Source: Armatimonadota bacterium
Lineage (GTDB): Bacteria; Armatimonadota; UBA5829; JAUSEB01
Direction: 5' to 3'
DNA length: 44,872 nucleotides
Assembly: GCA_030650495.1 (NCBI GenBank)
Contig: JAUSEB010000004.1
Coordinates: 1 to 44,872, forward strand
Shown here: piece by piece, positions 36,150-44,872 of the stretch
How the letters are laid out: every line of letters starts with the position of its first letter
How positions within the stretch are numbered: the first letter of the stretch is position 1
The notes under the pieces: model-generated
Databases searched by the model: none
What the model was told of the DNA's origin: nothing
The model's input: the letters and a program-made list of their open reading frames with translations, nothing else
Translations under genes and position numbers: made by a program

Positions 36150-36224
36150 AACCCCCTGTAGTCCCCCTTCTAAAGGGGGACGGTATGGACTCCCCTCCTT
36201 ACGAAGGAGGGGCTGGGGGAGGTT
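36150..36224 (+). repeat. Family C double-hairpin repeat (copy 3) between clpP and clpX
   Basis: CCCCCTTCTAAAGGGGG + CTCCCCTCCTTACGAAGGAGGGGCTGGGGGAGGTT. Confidence 0.9.
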
Positions 36225-36236
36225 AATCTCTAACGC

Positions 36237-36824
36237 TTAGCCTTCGGTTTTCTCAAGTACCGTGTCTACTATTCCATATTCGCGCGCTTCTTCCGCCGAC
36301 ATGTAATAGTCGCGGTCAATATCTTTTCCGACCTTCTCCACAGTCTGGCCGGTGTGCTTCGCAAGTATCTCCGTCAGCAGCGTTTTATACCTGAGCACTT
36401 CCCTCGCCTGGATGTCTATATCGGAAGGCGTGCCCTGGAATCCCGCGCTGCCCTGGTGGATCATTATTCTCGCGTTCGGAAGCGCGTTTCTCTTGCCTTT
36501 AGCGCCGCCGGACAGAAGCACCGCTGCCATGCTCATGGCTTCGCCAATGCACCACGTCGCTATGTCTGGCTTGATGAACTGCATCGTGTCGTAGATCGCC
36601 AGTCCCGCGCGCACGTACCCGCCTGGGCAGTTGATGTAGAGATCGATGTCCTTATCGGGGTCTTCTTTCGCCAAGAACAGCATCTGCGCAACGATCAAAT
36701 TGGAGATGTCTGTGTCGATCGGCGTTCCGATGAAGATGATCCGATCTTTCAGCAAGCGGGAGTATATATCGTAGGCGCGCTCGCCGCGCGCCGTTTGTTC
36801 CACTACCATTGGTATTAGAGCCAC
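36237..36824 (-). CDS. clpP: ATP-dependent Clp protease proteolytic subunit
   Basis: [14 protein letters not shown]; YINCPGG; catalytic AMSMA and IMIHQ; DRDYYMS. Confidence 0.97.
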   Translation of the reverse strand: MALIPMVVEQTARGERAYDIYSRLLKDRIIFIGTPIDTDISNLIVAQMLFLAKEDPDKDIDLYINCPGGYVRAGLAIYDTMQFIKPDIATWCIGEAMSMAAVLLSGGAKGKRNALPNARIMIHQGSAGFQGTPSDIDIQAREVLRYKTLLTEILAKHTGQTVEKVGKDIDRDYYMSAEEAREYGIVDTVLEKTEG

Positions 36825-38128
36825 TATTCGGAATCTCCTTTCATAGCTATATCTTTAATATTGGATGATTCGACCAAAAAAACGAGTGTTTTCTTTCTAA
36901 GTATTTGCGATGAAAGCCTGGATTTTCCTTCCGTACGGTCCAAATAGGCTTCCATCGATGCTTTCGCGACCTTCCGCTCGTTAGCCAAGCGCTCGATTTC
37001 CGCTTCCACGTCTTCATCGGTGACGGCAATTTTCTCACGCGCCGCCACTTCGAATACGGCAAGATTAACCTTGATGTCCCGCTCCGCGTTCGATCTCAAC
37101 TCATCCTGCAACTGGTCGAAACTCTTATCCATCTCTTTCAAATAATCCGTGAGATCGATCTTGGCTTCCTGCAAACGCTGAAGCAGGTCTTGCAAGCGAT
37201 GCTGGGCCTCGTGCTCAAGCATGGCTTCGGGAAAGTGAATATCCGACTTCTCGACTATCTGCCAGATCAGTTGTGATTCCACTTGCCGGTTAGCTACATT
37301 GGCGGCGGCATCCTCCATCCCTGAGCGCATAGTCGCTTTCAGTTCCTCAACGCTTTCCTTCCCGAGGGATTTCGCCAATTCATCAGTCAGTTCGGGAATC
37401 TTCCGCTCTTTAATTCCCAAAACTTTTGTCTTGATCTGGATAGTCTTGCCTGCAAGCTCAGTGTCTTCGAAATCTTCGGGATAACCAATATCTATTACCC
37501 CTTCTTCGTCGATACTCATACCTATGAGCTTTTCATCGAATTCAGGAAGGTTCGCGCCAGCCTGCACGGTCTGCGTAAACGGCTTGCTGTCTTCGGCCAA
37601 CTCGTCCACGCGCTGCATCTCGACAGCCACTACATCGTCCTTCTGAACCGGGCGGCCTGTGACATCCTCCAACTTGGCGGCGCGTTCGCGCACATCATTA
37701 ATTTGCCGCTCAACGTCCTCATCCGAGACAACATGAGCCATTCGTTCAATCGTCAAGCCCGTGTATTCGCCAAGTTCAACCTTGGGAGCTAATGGGACCG
37801 TAGCCTTGAACACAAACGGCTGCTCCGCTTCCATCTGTACGACCTCCACATCGGGAAAATCGTACGGATCGATCTCCGCCTCCGTGATAGCTTGCGCGTA
37901 TGCCGGGGGTATGAGCGACCGCGCGGCCTCATCCTTTACTTCGCCCTCATCAATATAACGCTCAAGAATAGCGCGAGGCGCTTTCCCTTTTCGGAAGCCC
38001 GGAATAGACACCCGCTTCGCCAAATGCCTGTAAGCGTCATTTATCGCCTCGGCGACTTGCCCGGCCTCTACCTCGATGTTCAACTCAACCTTACACGGTT
38101 CCAACTGCTCTTTTGCTTTTAGCGCCAA
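36824..38128 (-). CDS. tig: Trigger factor
   Basis: [10 protein letters not shown] ribosome-binding signature; PELTDELAK; standard tig-clpP-clpX-lon order. Confidence 0.95.
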   Translation of the reverse strand: MALKAKEQLEPCKVELNIEVEAGQVAEAINDAYRHLAKRVSIPGFRKGKAPRAILERYIDEGEVKDEAARSLIPPAYAQAITEAEIDPYDFPDVEVVQMEAEQPFVFKATVPLAPKVELGEYTGLTIERMAHVVSDEDVERQINDVRERAAKLEDVTGRPVQKDDVVAVEMQRVDELAEDSKPFTQTVQAGANLPEFDEKLIGMSIDEEGVIDIGYPEDFEDTELAGKTIQIKTKVLGIKERKIPELTDELAKSLGKESVEELKATMRSGMEDAAANVANRQVESQLIWQIVEKSDIHFPEAMLEHEAQHRLQDLLQRLQEAKIDLTDYLKEMDKSFDQLQDELRSNAERDIKVNLAVFEVAAREKIAVTDEDVEAEIERLANERKVAKASMEAYLDRTEGKSRLSSQILRKKTLVFLVESSNIKDIAMKGDSE

Positions 38129-38261
38129 CGCATTCTCCTACTTAAATGTCTTGAACGATTATTCAAACAAAATAGGGTATGACATATAGGATAATTCAGC
38201 GGCTATTGGAAAACACATCCACTGCCTATCCTTTATCCCATACCCTGGTCTAATGTAAGAA

Positions 38262-38336
38262 TGGAGCGGGAGACGGGATTCGAACCCGCGACATCCACCT
38301 TGGCAAGGTGGCGTTCTACCACTGAACCACTCCCGC
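38262..38336 (-). tRNA. tRNA-Gly(GCC)
   Basis: GCGGGAG...CCACC-TT-GCC-AA-GGTGG...GGTTCGAATC...CTCCCGC-TCCA; CCA encoded. Confidence 0.97.
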
Positions 38337-38338
38337 GT

Positions 38339-38482
38339 TTAGATGTTAGAGGTTAGAAGATAGAAGATATCTTTCCCTAACCTCTTACCTCTAATTCCTA
38401 ACCCCTAGACTTTCAAAGTTAGATGTTAGAAATCAGAAACAGTTCGTTCTAACCTCTAACCTCTAACTTCTAGCCTCTAGAC
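38339..38482. repeat. Two heptamer-built hairpins, (TTAGANN)n...(CTAACNN)n, in the Leu-Gly tRNA spacer
   Basis: ttagatg ttagagg ttagaag atagaag / ctaacct cttacct ctaattc ctaaccc, then ttagatg ttagaaa tcagaaa / ctaacct ctaacct ctaactt ctagcct. Confidence 0.85.
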
Positions 38483-38566
38483 TGGTGGGCGAGAGGAGAG
38501 TCGAACTCCTACGCCTCGCGGCACTAGGTCCTAAGCCTAGCGTGTCTGCCATTCCACCACTCGCCC
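38483..38566 (-). tRNA. tRNA-Leu(TAG)
   Basis: GGGCGAG...CTAGG-CT-TAG-GA-CCTAG; long variable arm; GTTCGAC; CCA end. Confidence 0.97.
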
Positions 38567-38568
38567 GG

Positions 38569-38655
38569 TTTAGATGTTAGATGTTAGAATAGACCGTCAT
38601 TCCGAGCGAAGCGAGGAATCTGCTTTTCTAACTCCTAACTTCTAACTTCTGGACT
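38569..38655. repeat. Heptamer hairpin with a CGTC-type REP half in its loop (Lys-Leu tRNA spacer)
   Basis: ttagatg ttagatg ttagaat - CGTCATTCCGAGCGAAGCGAGGAATCT - ctaactc ctaactt ctaactt. Confidence 0.8.
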
Positions 38656-38658
38656 GAC

Positions 38659-38734
<76 letters not shown>

Positions 38735-38759
38735 ACGCCCCCGCTCTTAGTCGGTAGAT

Positions 38760-38858
38760 ATTATACCGACTCATTCAGCCGGCCGTCAAGCCTTAGCCGC
38801 GTCAAGCCCTCACAACCAAGAGCAAAATCATTATGTCAAATGGTATGTGATTTGTCAA
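38760..38858 (-). promoter_or_regulatory. Tandem sigma70 promoters of the tRNA-tig operon
   Basis: TTGACA-N17-CATAAT (38858-38830) and TTGACG-N18-TATAAT (38789-38760). Confidence 0.65.
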
Positions 38859-38863
38859 ATAAA

Positions 38864-38998
38864 GTATCAGTTCAGTTCTGTGGGATCGAACTGCCTCAAT
38901 ACACGTCACCCTGAACTCGATTCAGGGTCTATTCCTTCGTAGAATAGATGCTGAATCAAGTTCAGCATGACGTAATTCCCACAGAACTGAACTCTTAC
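38864..38998. mobile_element. 135-bp MITE with IS66-like ends and 8-bp target-site duplication
   Basis: TIRs GTATCAGTTCAGTTCTGTGGGA / GTAAGAGTTCAGTTCTGTGGGA (inner 17 bp perfect); direct repeat CAAATAAA at 38856-38863 and 38999-39006. Confidence 0.85.
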
Positions 38999-39021
38999 CA
39001 AATAAAAAGCCAACTGGAGAA

Positions 39022-39053
39022 AGCTGTCAGCTGTCAGCTGACAGCTGACAGCT
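39022..39053. repeat. Perfect 32-bp AGCTGTC/AGCTGAC palindrome
   Basis: Identical to 13367-13398. Confidence 0.9.
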
Positions 39054-39067
39054 AAATACACTCCAAG

Positions 39068-39095
39068 AAGGACATAAGCCCCCCATTGTTGAACT
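39068..39095 (+). promoter_or_regulatory. Putative alternative-sigma promoter AAGGACAT-N15-GAACT
   Basis: Same spacing as 13431, 19089 and 20263. Confidence 0.5.
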
Positions 39096-39122
39096 TCTTG
39101 TGCGGCGGAGGTGTCATAACTG

Positions 39123-40211
39123 ATGGCAAAACTATACGGTAAGAACTACACGAAAGATGAACTACTGAAACGAGTAGGCGATATATCACAGATAGCCGAG
39201 GCTCGAAGCGTTGAACTGCAAAATGGAAACGAGGCCGGATTGCGCGCTATCGAGTTCCGCACCGGGTCCGGGTTCAATTTCACCGTCCTTGCCGACAGAG
39301 GCATGGACATTTCCTCTTGCGACTACAGCGGGCAATCGCTCTCGTGGCAGTCTTCTACAGGCAATGTCGCGCCGGAATTTTACGAGCCGGAAGGTCTCAA
39401 ATGGCTTAGGACCTTCTACGGCGGCCTTGTGTGCACCTGCGGCGTGACTTATGCGGGAGCGCCATGTGTCGATGAAGGTGAAGAGCTTGGCCTCCACGGT
39501 CGATTCTCTCATATTCCGGCAAAGAATGTCTGTGTCGATAGCGAATGGCAGGGCGATGACTACGTGATTTGGGCGCAGGGTAAGATTCGCGAAACCCGCG
39601 TATTCGGCGAAAACATCGTCGTCACCAGGAAGATATGGACCAAACTCGGCGAAAATAGATTCTGGCTGCGCGACATAGTCGAAAACATCGGCTTCGACAC
39701 CGTTCCCCACATGATGCTTTACCACATCAACGGCGGCTTTCCGGCTGTTGACGCCGATTCCGAACTCCTCTCCCCCACCCTCTCCGCCAAACCCAGGGAC
39801 ACGGAAGCGGAAGTGGAGAAAGAACTGTATAACAAATTCCCAGCGCCTTCCGTGGGTTTCAAAGAGCGGGTTTACTATCACGACATGGCGACGGACAACG
39901 AAGGCGCGGTGTACACAGCATTAGTCAATAAGAATTTCAACAACGGCCAGGGCTTCGGCTTCTACGTGAAATATATCAAGTCCCAATTGCCGCGATTCAT
40001 CGAGTGGAAAATGAACTGCGCCGGGACGTACGTTGTCGGCATGGAGCCTGCCAACTGCCTGGTCGAAGGTCGCGACAAAGACCGCGCCAGGGGAATTCTC
40101 CAGTTCCTCCAGCCCGGCGAAAAACGCGAATACGAGCTAGAAATCGGCGCGCTGCCGTCAAATAATGAGATCGCCGAACTCGAAGAGCGGATACGAAAAA
40201 TCAGACCCTGA
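39123..40211 (+). CDS. Aldose 1-epimerase family protein (DUF4432)
   Basis: FTVLADRGMDI; WLRTFYGGLVCTCG; GLHGR; MLYHIN; YVVGMEPAN; GGAGG RBS. Confidence 0.85.
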   Translation: MAKLYGKNYTKDELLKRVGDISQIAEARSVELQNGNEAGLRAIEFRTGSGFNFTVLADRGMDISSCDYSGQSLSWQSSTGNVAPEFYEPEGLKWLRTFYGGLVCTCGVTYAGAPCVDEGEELGLHGRFSHIPAKNVCVDSEWQGDDYVIWAQGKIRETRVFGENIVVTRKIWTKLGENRFWLRDIVENIGFDTVPHMMLYHINGGFPAVDADSELLSPTLSAKPRDTEAEVEKELYNKFPAPSVGFKERVYYHDMATDNEGAVYTALVNKNFNNGQGFGFYVKYIKSQLPRFIEWKMNCAGTYVVGMEPANCLVEGRDKDRARGILQFLQPGEKREYELEIGALPSNNEIAELEERIRKIRP

Positions 40212-40228
40212 ACAGCGGAAAGTGAGAA

Positions 40229-41578
40229 ATGGAAATGGCAATCACAAATGAACACAGATTGGGATTAGGATTAGGGTGGGCGTTTACAGCTCTGCTTGTC
40301 GCGTTGCTGGCGCTGGCGCTATGCGTCCCATTGTGGGCAGCAACAGCCGTCGAAGATCAATCGTATTCGCGGGCGACCCCGGAGCAAATGAAATGGTGGA
40401 GCGAGGCGCGCTTCGGGTTGTTCGTCCACTGGGGGCCGATAAGTCTGAAGGGGACGGAGATCGGTTGGTCGCGCGGCAAGTACGGTGGCCGGGGTCTGGA
40501 GCAGGGCGGAGGCATTATACCGGTTGAAGAGTATGATAATCTCTACAAGCAATTCAACCCGGTGAAATTCGATCCCGACGAATGGGTCCGCATTGCCAAG
40601 GCCGCCGGGATGAAATATCTTGTCTTCACTACTAAACACCACGACGGCTTCTGCGAGTTCGACAGCAAACTGACCGACTACAAGATCACGAACTCGCCTT
40701 ACGGCAAGGACATCGTGGCGCAGCTTGCCAAAGCCTGTTACAAAGCCAAGTTGCCTCTGGGATTCTACTATTCGCCGCTGGACTGGCATCATCCCGATTA
40801 CTTCACAGCCAACCATGCTCGGTACATCGAGTATATGCACGGCCAATTGCGCGAGTTGTGCACGAACTACGGAAAGATCAGTATAATCTGGTTCGATGGG
40901 CTTTTTTCGACCGCGGAGGACATGGATTCGCCGCGCATGATCAAGATGATCCGCGAATTGCAACCGGGAATTCTGATAAACAACCGAGCGGGACTGCCGG
41001 CGGATTTCGGCACACCCGAACAGGAGATTGGCGGTTTCGACAACACCCGGCCATGGGAGAGTTGCATCACTATTGGGAACAGGTGGTCGTGGAAGCCGAA
41101 CGACAACATCCAGTCGCTCAAAGAATGCATCGACACATTGGCGCTCTGCGCCGGCGGCGATGGCAATCTGCTGCTGAATGTTGGCCCTATGCCGGATGGG
41201 CGCATCGAAGACCGACAGGTCGAGAGGCTCAAGGAGATCGGCGCTTGGCTGAAGAAGAACGGCGAGAGCATCTATGCGACCCATGGCGGGCCGTTCATGC
41301 CGACCAAGAACATCGCCAGCACATACAAGAGCAAGACCGTCTTCCTGCACATTCTTAAATGGCCGGAAGGCGCCGATGAGATCAAGCTGCCAGGTATTGG
41401 GAAGAAAATAGTGTCCGCCAGACTCTTGACCGGTGGCAAAGTGAACGTGGAGCAGCGCGCCGATTGCATTCAGGTAATGATCAAGCCGGAAGATCGAAAC
41501 GCGTTGGACACCATAGTCGCGCTCAAGCTGGACGGACCGGCATCGGATATCGAACCGGTTCGGTTAACCACGGATTAA
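40229..41578 (+). CDS. Alpha-L-fucosidase (GH29), exported
   Basis: ARFGLFVHWG; AGMKYLVFTTKHHDGF; GFYYS..DW; IWFDG; INNR; PEQ; WESC; GNLLLNVGP; N-terminal signal. Confidence 0.93.
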   Translation: MEMAITNEHRLGLGLGWAFTALLVALLALALCVPLWAATAVEDQSYSRATPEQMKWWSEARFGLFVHWGPISLKGTEIGWSRGKYGGRGLEQGGGIIPVEEYDNLYKQFNPVKFDPDEWVRIAKAAGMKYLVFTTKHHDGFCEFDSKLTDYKITNSPYGKDIVAQLAKACYKAKLPLGFYYSPLDWHHPDYFTANHARYIEYMHGQLRELCTNYGKISIIWFDGLFSTAEDMDSPRMIKMIRELQPGILINNRAGLPADFGTPEQEIGGFDNTRPWESCITIGNRWSWKPNDNIQSLKECIDTLALCAGGDGNLLLNVGPMPDGRIEDRQVERLKEIGAWLKKNGESIYATHGGPFMPTKNIASTYKSKTVFLHILKWPEGADEIKLPGIGKKIVSARLLTGGKVNVEQRADCIQVMIKPEDRNALDTIVALKLDGPASDIEPVRLTTD

Positions 41579-41615
41579 CGCAAATAATCCCTATGCTTCC
41601 TTCGGGACGAAAAAC

Positions 41616-41735
41616 GGGAGTGTTCAAAAACCGTAGCCCCGGCCCTTGTGGCCGGTCGGCGATAGTGAATCTACGCTCAGCAGACGGGGCACAAGGCCCC
41701 GAGCTACAGGTATATAGGACTTTTTGAACATTCCC
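41616..41735. mobile_element. 120-bp MITE with 15-bp TIRs and 5-bp target-site duplication
   Basis: GGGAGTGTTCAAAAA / TTTTTGAACATTCCC (14/15); AAAAC duplicated at 41611-41615 and 41736-41740. Confidence 0.85.
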
Positions 41736-41849
41736 AAAACGAGTCCCGAAGTATAGCCTTTCGTGTTTTTAATATTTCGTGCTTTCGTGATTCATGAACT
41801 CCCCATGGATGCTATAATATCCTAGCTCATCAGGAAAGGACGAACTAAT

Positions 41850-43130
41850 TTGCGAATCAAATCATTCATCTCTCTCGTCATTATTCTTGCATTTGCCGCA
41901 AGCATGGCCTGGGCCAAATCGAGCGATAAATCCGCTCCATTTGGCGCGGTCAGCGTGAAATCCTTCGGCGCCAAAGCCGACGGCAAGACCGACGACACCG
42001 CCGCATTCCAGAAAGCCATAGATTCTCTTAAAACTAAAGGCGGAACAGCTTTCGCGCCGGCGGGAGCCTATCTCATCGCCGGATCTCTGACTCTGTATCC
42101 CGGCGTGACTCTAAGCGGAGTATGGGAGGCCCCGCATCTGTCCATCAACAAGGGGACTGTCATCCTTGCCACCGGCGGCGAAGGAGATGAGAACGGTAAG
42201 CCTTTGGTCAACATGGACTGGAACACTTGCGTAAAAGGCCTGACCGTCATTTACCCAAACCAAAAGGCTAACAAGATCACGCCTTACCCCTGGACCTTCA
42301 TCGGCAAAGGAATGCACTGCACCATCGAGAACGTTACCCTGGCCAATTCATACAAAGCCATCGCTTTCCCGACCTGGAACGAAGTGCATTACATCAAGAA
42401 CGTCTACGGCTGCCCCCTCAAAGAAGGCATTTTCATAGACAACTGCACCGACATCGGTAGGATCGAAGACGTTCACTTCAGCATCAACTACTGGACTCGC
42501 GCCGAAGCCCCTTACGTCGTACCGAAAGAAGATCACGACAAGCTGGAAAACTTTATTGTGAACAATCTGGTCGCTTTCCGTATTGGCAGAACCGACTGGG
42601 AGTATATGACCAACTGCTTCAGCATACTTGCCAAAATTGGCTACCATTTCGTAAAAACCGAAAAGGGCAACGGAAACGTGGTTCTGACCCAATGCGGCGC
42701 TGATGGAACAGCCATCGCCGTTCAGGTTGATTCCTGCCAGCCGCACGCGGGCATTGCCTTCGTAAACAGCCAGTTTATGTGCAAAGTAGTTATTACGGAC
42801 ACGAACAACGGTCCGGTGAAGTTCTCCAACTGCGGCTTCTGGCCAACAGCCTTGGTAGAAGGCCAGGCGATTCTCGAAGGATATTCCACGGTCACATTCT
42901 CCACTTGCCACTTCCTCGAATGGGGAAGGAAAAACCCAAAAGCCGTTTGCATCGTAGCAAAACACGGTTCGCTAATAGTCACGGGCTGCGACTTCATGGC
43001 CGGAAAGCCACAGATAGAACTTGGACCGGACGTCAGTTCCGCTGCGATATTCGGCAATCTCTTGCGCGGCGGTCAGAAGATCATCAACAACAGCAAGGGT
43101 AACATTCAAATCGGGCTGAATATCGATTGA
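41850..43130 (+). CDS. Exported right-handed beta-helix protein (Pectate_lyase_3/GH28-related N-terminus)
   Basis: Signal peptide; SVKSFGAKADGKTDDTAAFQKAI...GG....PAG.Y motif; beta-helix periodicity. Confidence 0.8.
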   Translation: MRIKSFISLVIILAFAASMAWAKSSDKSAPFGAVSVKSFGAKADGKTDDTAAFQKAIDSLKTKGGTAFAPAGAYLIAGSLTLYPGVTLSGVWEAPHLSINKGTVILATGGEGDENGKPLVNMDWNTCVKGLTVIYPNQKANKITPYPWTFIGKGMHCTIENVTLANSYKAIAFPTWNEVHYIKNVYGCPLKEGIFIDNCTDIGRIEDVHFSINYWTRAEAPYVVPKEDHDKLENFIVNNLVAFRIGRTDWEYMTNCFSILAKIGYHFVKTEKGNGNVVLTQCGADGTAIAVQVDSCQPHAGIAFVNSQFMCKVVITDTNNGPVKFSNCGFWPTALVEGQAILEGYSTVTFSTCHFLEWGRKNPKAVCIVAKHGSLIVTGCDFMAGKPQIELGPDVSSAAIFGNLLRGGQKIINNSKGNIQIGLNID

Positions 43131-43139
43131 GTTGGAAGA

Positions 43140-43157
43140 AGCTGTCAGCTGTCAGCT
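43140..43157. repeat. Half AGCTGTC array
   Basis: agctgtc agctgtc agct; a (CAACNNN)-type array lies at about 43328-43354. Confidence 0.7.
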
Positions 43158-43353
43158 TCCCTGATGGCGCGGGATATGTATCCCGTGCCTCTTCCCCAGG
43201 GCATTTGCCCCCAAAGATAAGTTACACGAAAGATATTACTAATCGGTTATTAGAAGATTTGCCAGGGACAAATGTCCGAGGAAAAGCGCCGGGGATGAAT
43301 ATCCCCGGCGATCAGAATTACTCCCTAAACACTCAACCCTCAACCAACAACCC

Positions 43354-44409
43354 CTATTGCAATCCCGCCGGCATTTCCGCGAGCTTCGCTCGCACATCCA
43401 GCCGCTTGCCGTCTCTGGCGATTTTGAACGTGATTGTATCCCCGACTTCGATCTTCCTGATCGCCTCCTGCAATTCGTCGCCTTCGACCACAGGCTTGCC
43501 GTTTACGTGTGTAATAATATCGCCTTTTTGAATCCCGGCCTTAGCCGCCGGACTGTTGGGTTCGACCTCGCCTACTATCAACCCTTGTTTGACGGGGAGG
43601 TCGTATGCCTGCGCGATCTCCGGGGTGATGCTCCCATACGCAATACCGACCCAAGGGATAATCACCCGCCCCTTCTCCAAAACGCTTTTGAGTATGGCCG
43701 CCACCGAGTTCGACGGAACGGCAAACCCCAAACCAGCGCCCGGAGCCCTGGCGATTATAGTGTTCAGGCCAATCACTTGCGCGCGATTATTGCACAGCGG
43801 GCCGCCGGAATTCCCCGGATTGATAGCCGCGTCCGTTTGGATGAGGTTGTTCAAAGCGAGTCCGGGCACGTCTCTACCCGTCGCGCTTATGACCCCCACC
43901 GTCACCGTCCGCTGTAAGCCCAGGGGATTCCCTATTGCGATTGCCGTCTCGCCAACTCTCAACCTGTCGGAGTTCCCAAGCGCGGCCGCCGGAAGATTTC
44001 TCTGATCGATTCTCAGTATCGCGATGTCGGCCCGCGGATCGCTTCCGAGCACGCGCCCCGTCACCATCTTGCCGCTTGCCAGAGTAACGCGGACCGTGCT
44101 GTGACCCTCGATCACATGACGATTTGTGACTATATAACCATCCGGCCTGACAATGACGCCGGAACCGAGTCCCGTTGTCTCCTCGCCCAGACCTAATAGA
44201 CTCTCCGTAGTAGTCGTCACCTGCACAACCGCCGGTCCGACACGGTCAACCACGTCGGGAATCGACATAACGACCCCCGCCGCCGGAGCCACGATCCGCA
44301 TTGTGCTGACCGGCTTATTCACAGGACGCTGCGCCTGAACCACGTGATACCCGCCTATTCCCAACAAAAACCCAAGGATCAAGGCCAAAGTCACTTTGCG
44401 CCCGTTCAT
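43354..44409 (-). CDS. htrA: HtrA/DegP-like trypsin serine protease with one PDZ domain
   Basis: GSGVIV..DGYIVTNRHV; DIAILRI; IGNPLGL; IQTDAAINPGNSGGPL; PDZ SPAAKAGIQKGDII. Confidence 0.93.
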   Translation of the reverse strand: MNGRKVTLALILGFLLGIGGYHVVQAQRPVNKPVSTMRIVAPAAGVVMSIPDVVDRVGPAVVQVTTTTESLLGLGEETTGLGSGVIVRPDGYIVTNRHVIEGHSTVRVTLASGKMVTGRVLGSDPRADIAILRIDQRNLPAAALGNSDRLRVGETAIAIGNPLGLQRTVTVGVISATGRDVPGLALNNLIQTDAAINPGNSGGPLCNNRAQVIGLNTIIARAPGAGLGFAVPSNSVAAILKSVLEKGRVIIPWVGIAYGSITPEIAQAYDLPVKQGLIVGEVEPNSPAAKAGIQKGDIITHVNGKPVVEGDELQEAIRKIEVGDTITFKIARDGKRLDVRAKLAEMPAGLQ

Positions 44410-44487
44410 ATAAACTCCCCCTAACCTATTGCATTACCCGTTGCCTCTCTACCCTGCGTTGGTATACACAAAACGCCCGGCTCTTTG

Positions 44488-44522
44488 CGTGGCGCGTGGA
44501 CCGTCGTGCGTCGTCCGTTGTA
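44488..44522. repeat. Second (CGTNGNN) heptamer array, x5
   Basis: cgtggcg cgtggac cgtcgtg cgtcgtc cgttgta. Confidence 0.8.
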
Positions 44523-44529
44523 CGTGACT

Positions 44530-44555
44530 GGGTGGCTGTTTCCGAACAGCCACCC
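44530..44555. other. Perfect hairpin (terminator- or REP-like)
   Basis: GGGTGGCTGTT-TCCG-AACAGCCACCC, 11-bp stem. Confidence 0.55.
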
Positions 44556-44872
44556 TAACACCAAAGCCGGATTTCCGAATCCGATATCTCTCTTATTTCA
44601 GTTATCAAAAAAGCAATTCGTTTCAACCCGTTTTTAAGGGTAAATTTGAGCTTCCTGCGAAACGATTTCACGCTCAAGTTGAGCGTGGAGATAATTCGTT
44701 TTGGTGACTTTTTTATTTTCCGCCTCTCTCCCTCGTGAAAAGGCAAATACGGGTTGTTTGTTGATAGTTGGCAGTTGTTGGTTTTCTTGACTCATCGCTC
44801 GTTACTCGCCACTGATTTTTTCTCTCCCATGTACATGTACCTGTCATGGGGCATTTTGACATCGGTACTGGC

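Noticed and set aside
44555-44746. 63-aa basic AT-rich ORF
   Set aside because: No RBS or motif; flanked by a hairpin and heptamer run; cannot be supported as a gene

Overview
Bacterial chromosomal segment of moderately high GC. The gene mix (T-box-controlled valS, type I-beta aroF, many unclassified glycan enzymes) suggests a Terrabacteria lineage such as Armatimonadota; this is inference only. Housekeeping blocks are tRNA-Lys/Leu/Gly followed by tig-clpP-clpX-lon, pabB-pabC fusion, valS, aroF, dapF and htrA. Accessory blocks are a TrkA pair without TrkH, a FAD oxidase/UroD-family operon, an AbrB/RelE-type toxin-antitoxin pair converging on an AT-rich SEC-C/HEPN-like gene, an ECF sigma/zinc anti-sigma-FecR pair, isolated motAB, a PilHIG-like ABC operon and several carbohydrate-active enzymes. 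The most unusual signal is non-coding. Most intergenic spaces hold nested repeat DNA: (i) heptamer tandem arrays of different sequence that share a G-N2-G-N3 skeleton and form hairpins inside tRNA spacers and T-box stem II; (ii) several REP-like palindrome families; (iii) two MITEs with target-site duplications, each carrying a REP doublet. No transposase, RAYT, integrase or CRISPR array was seen. All calls were made by eye, without database searches.
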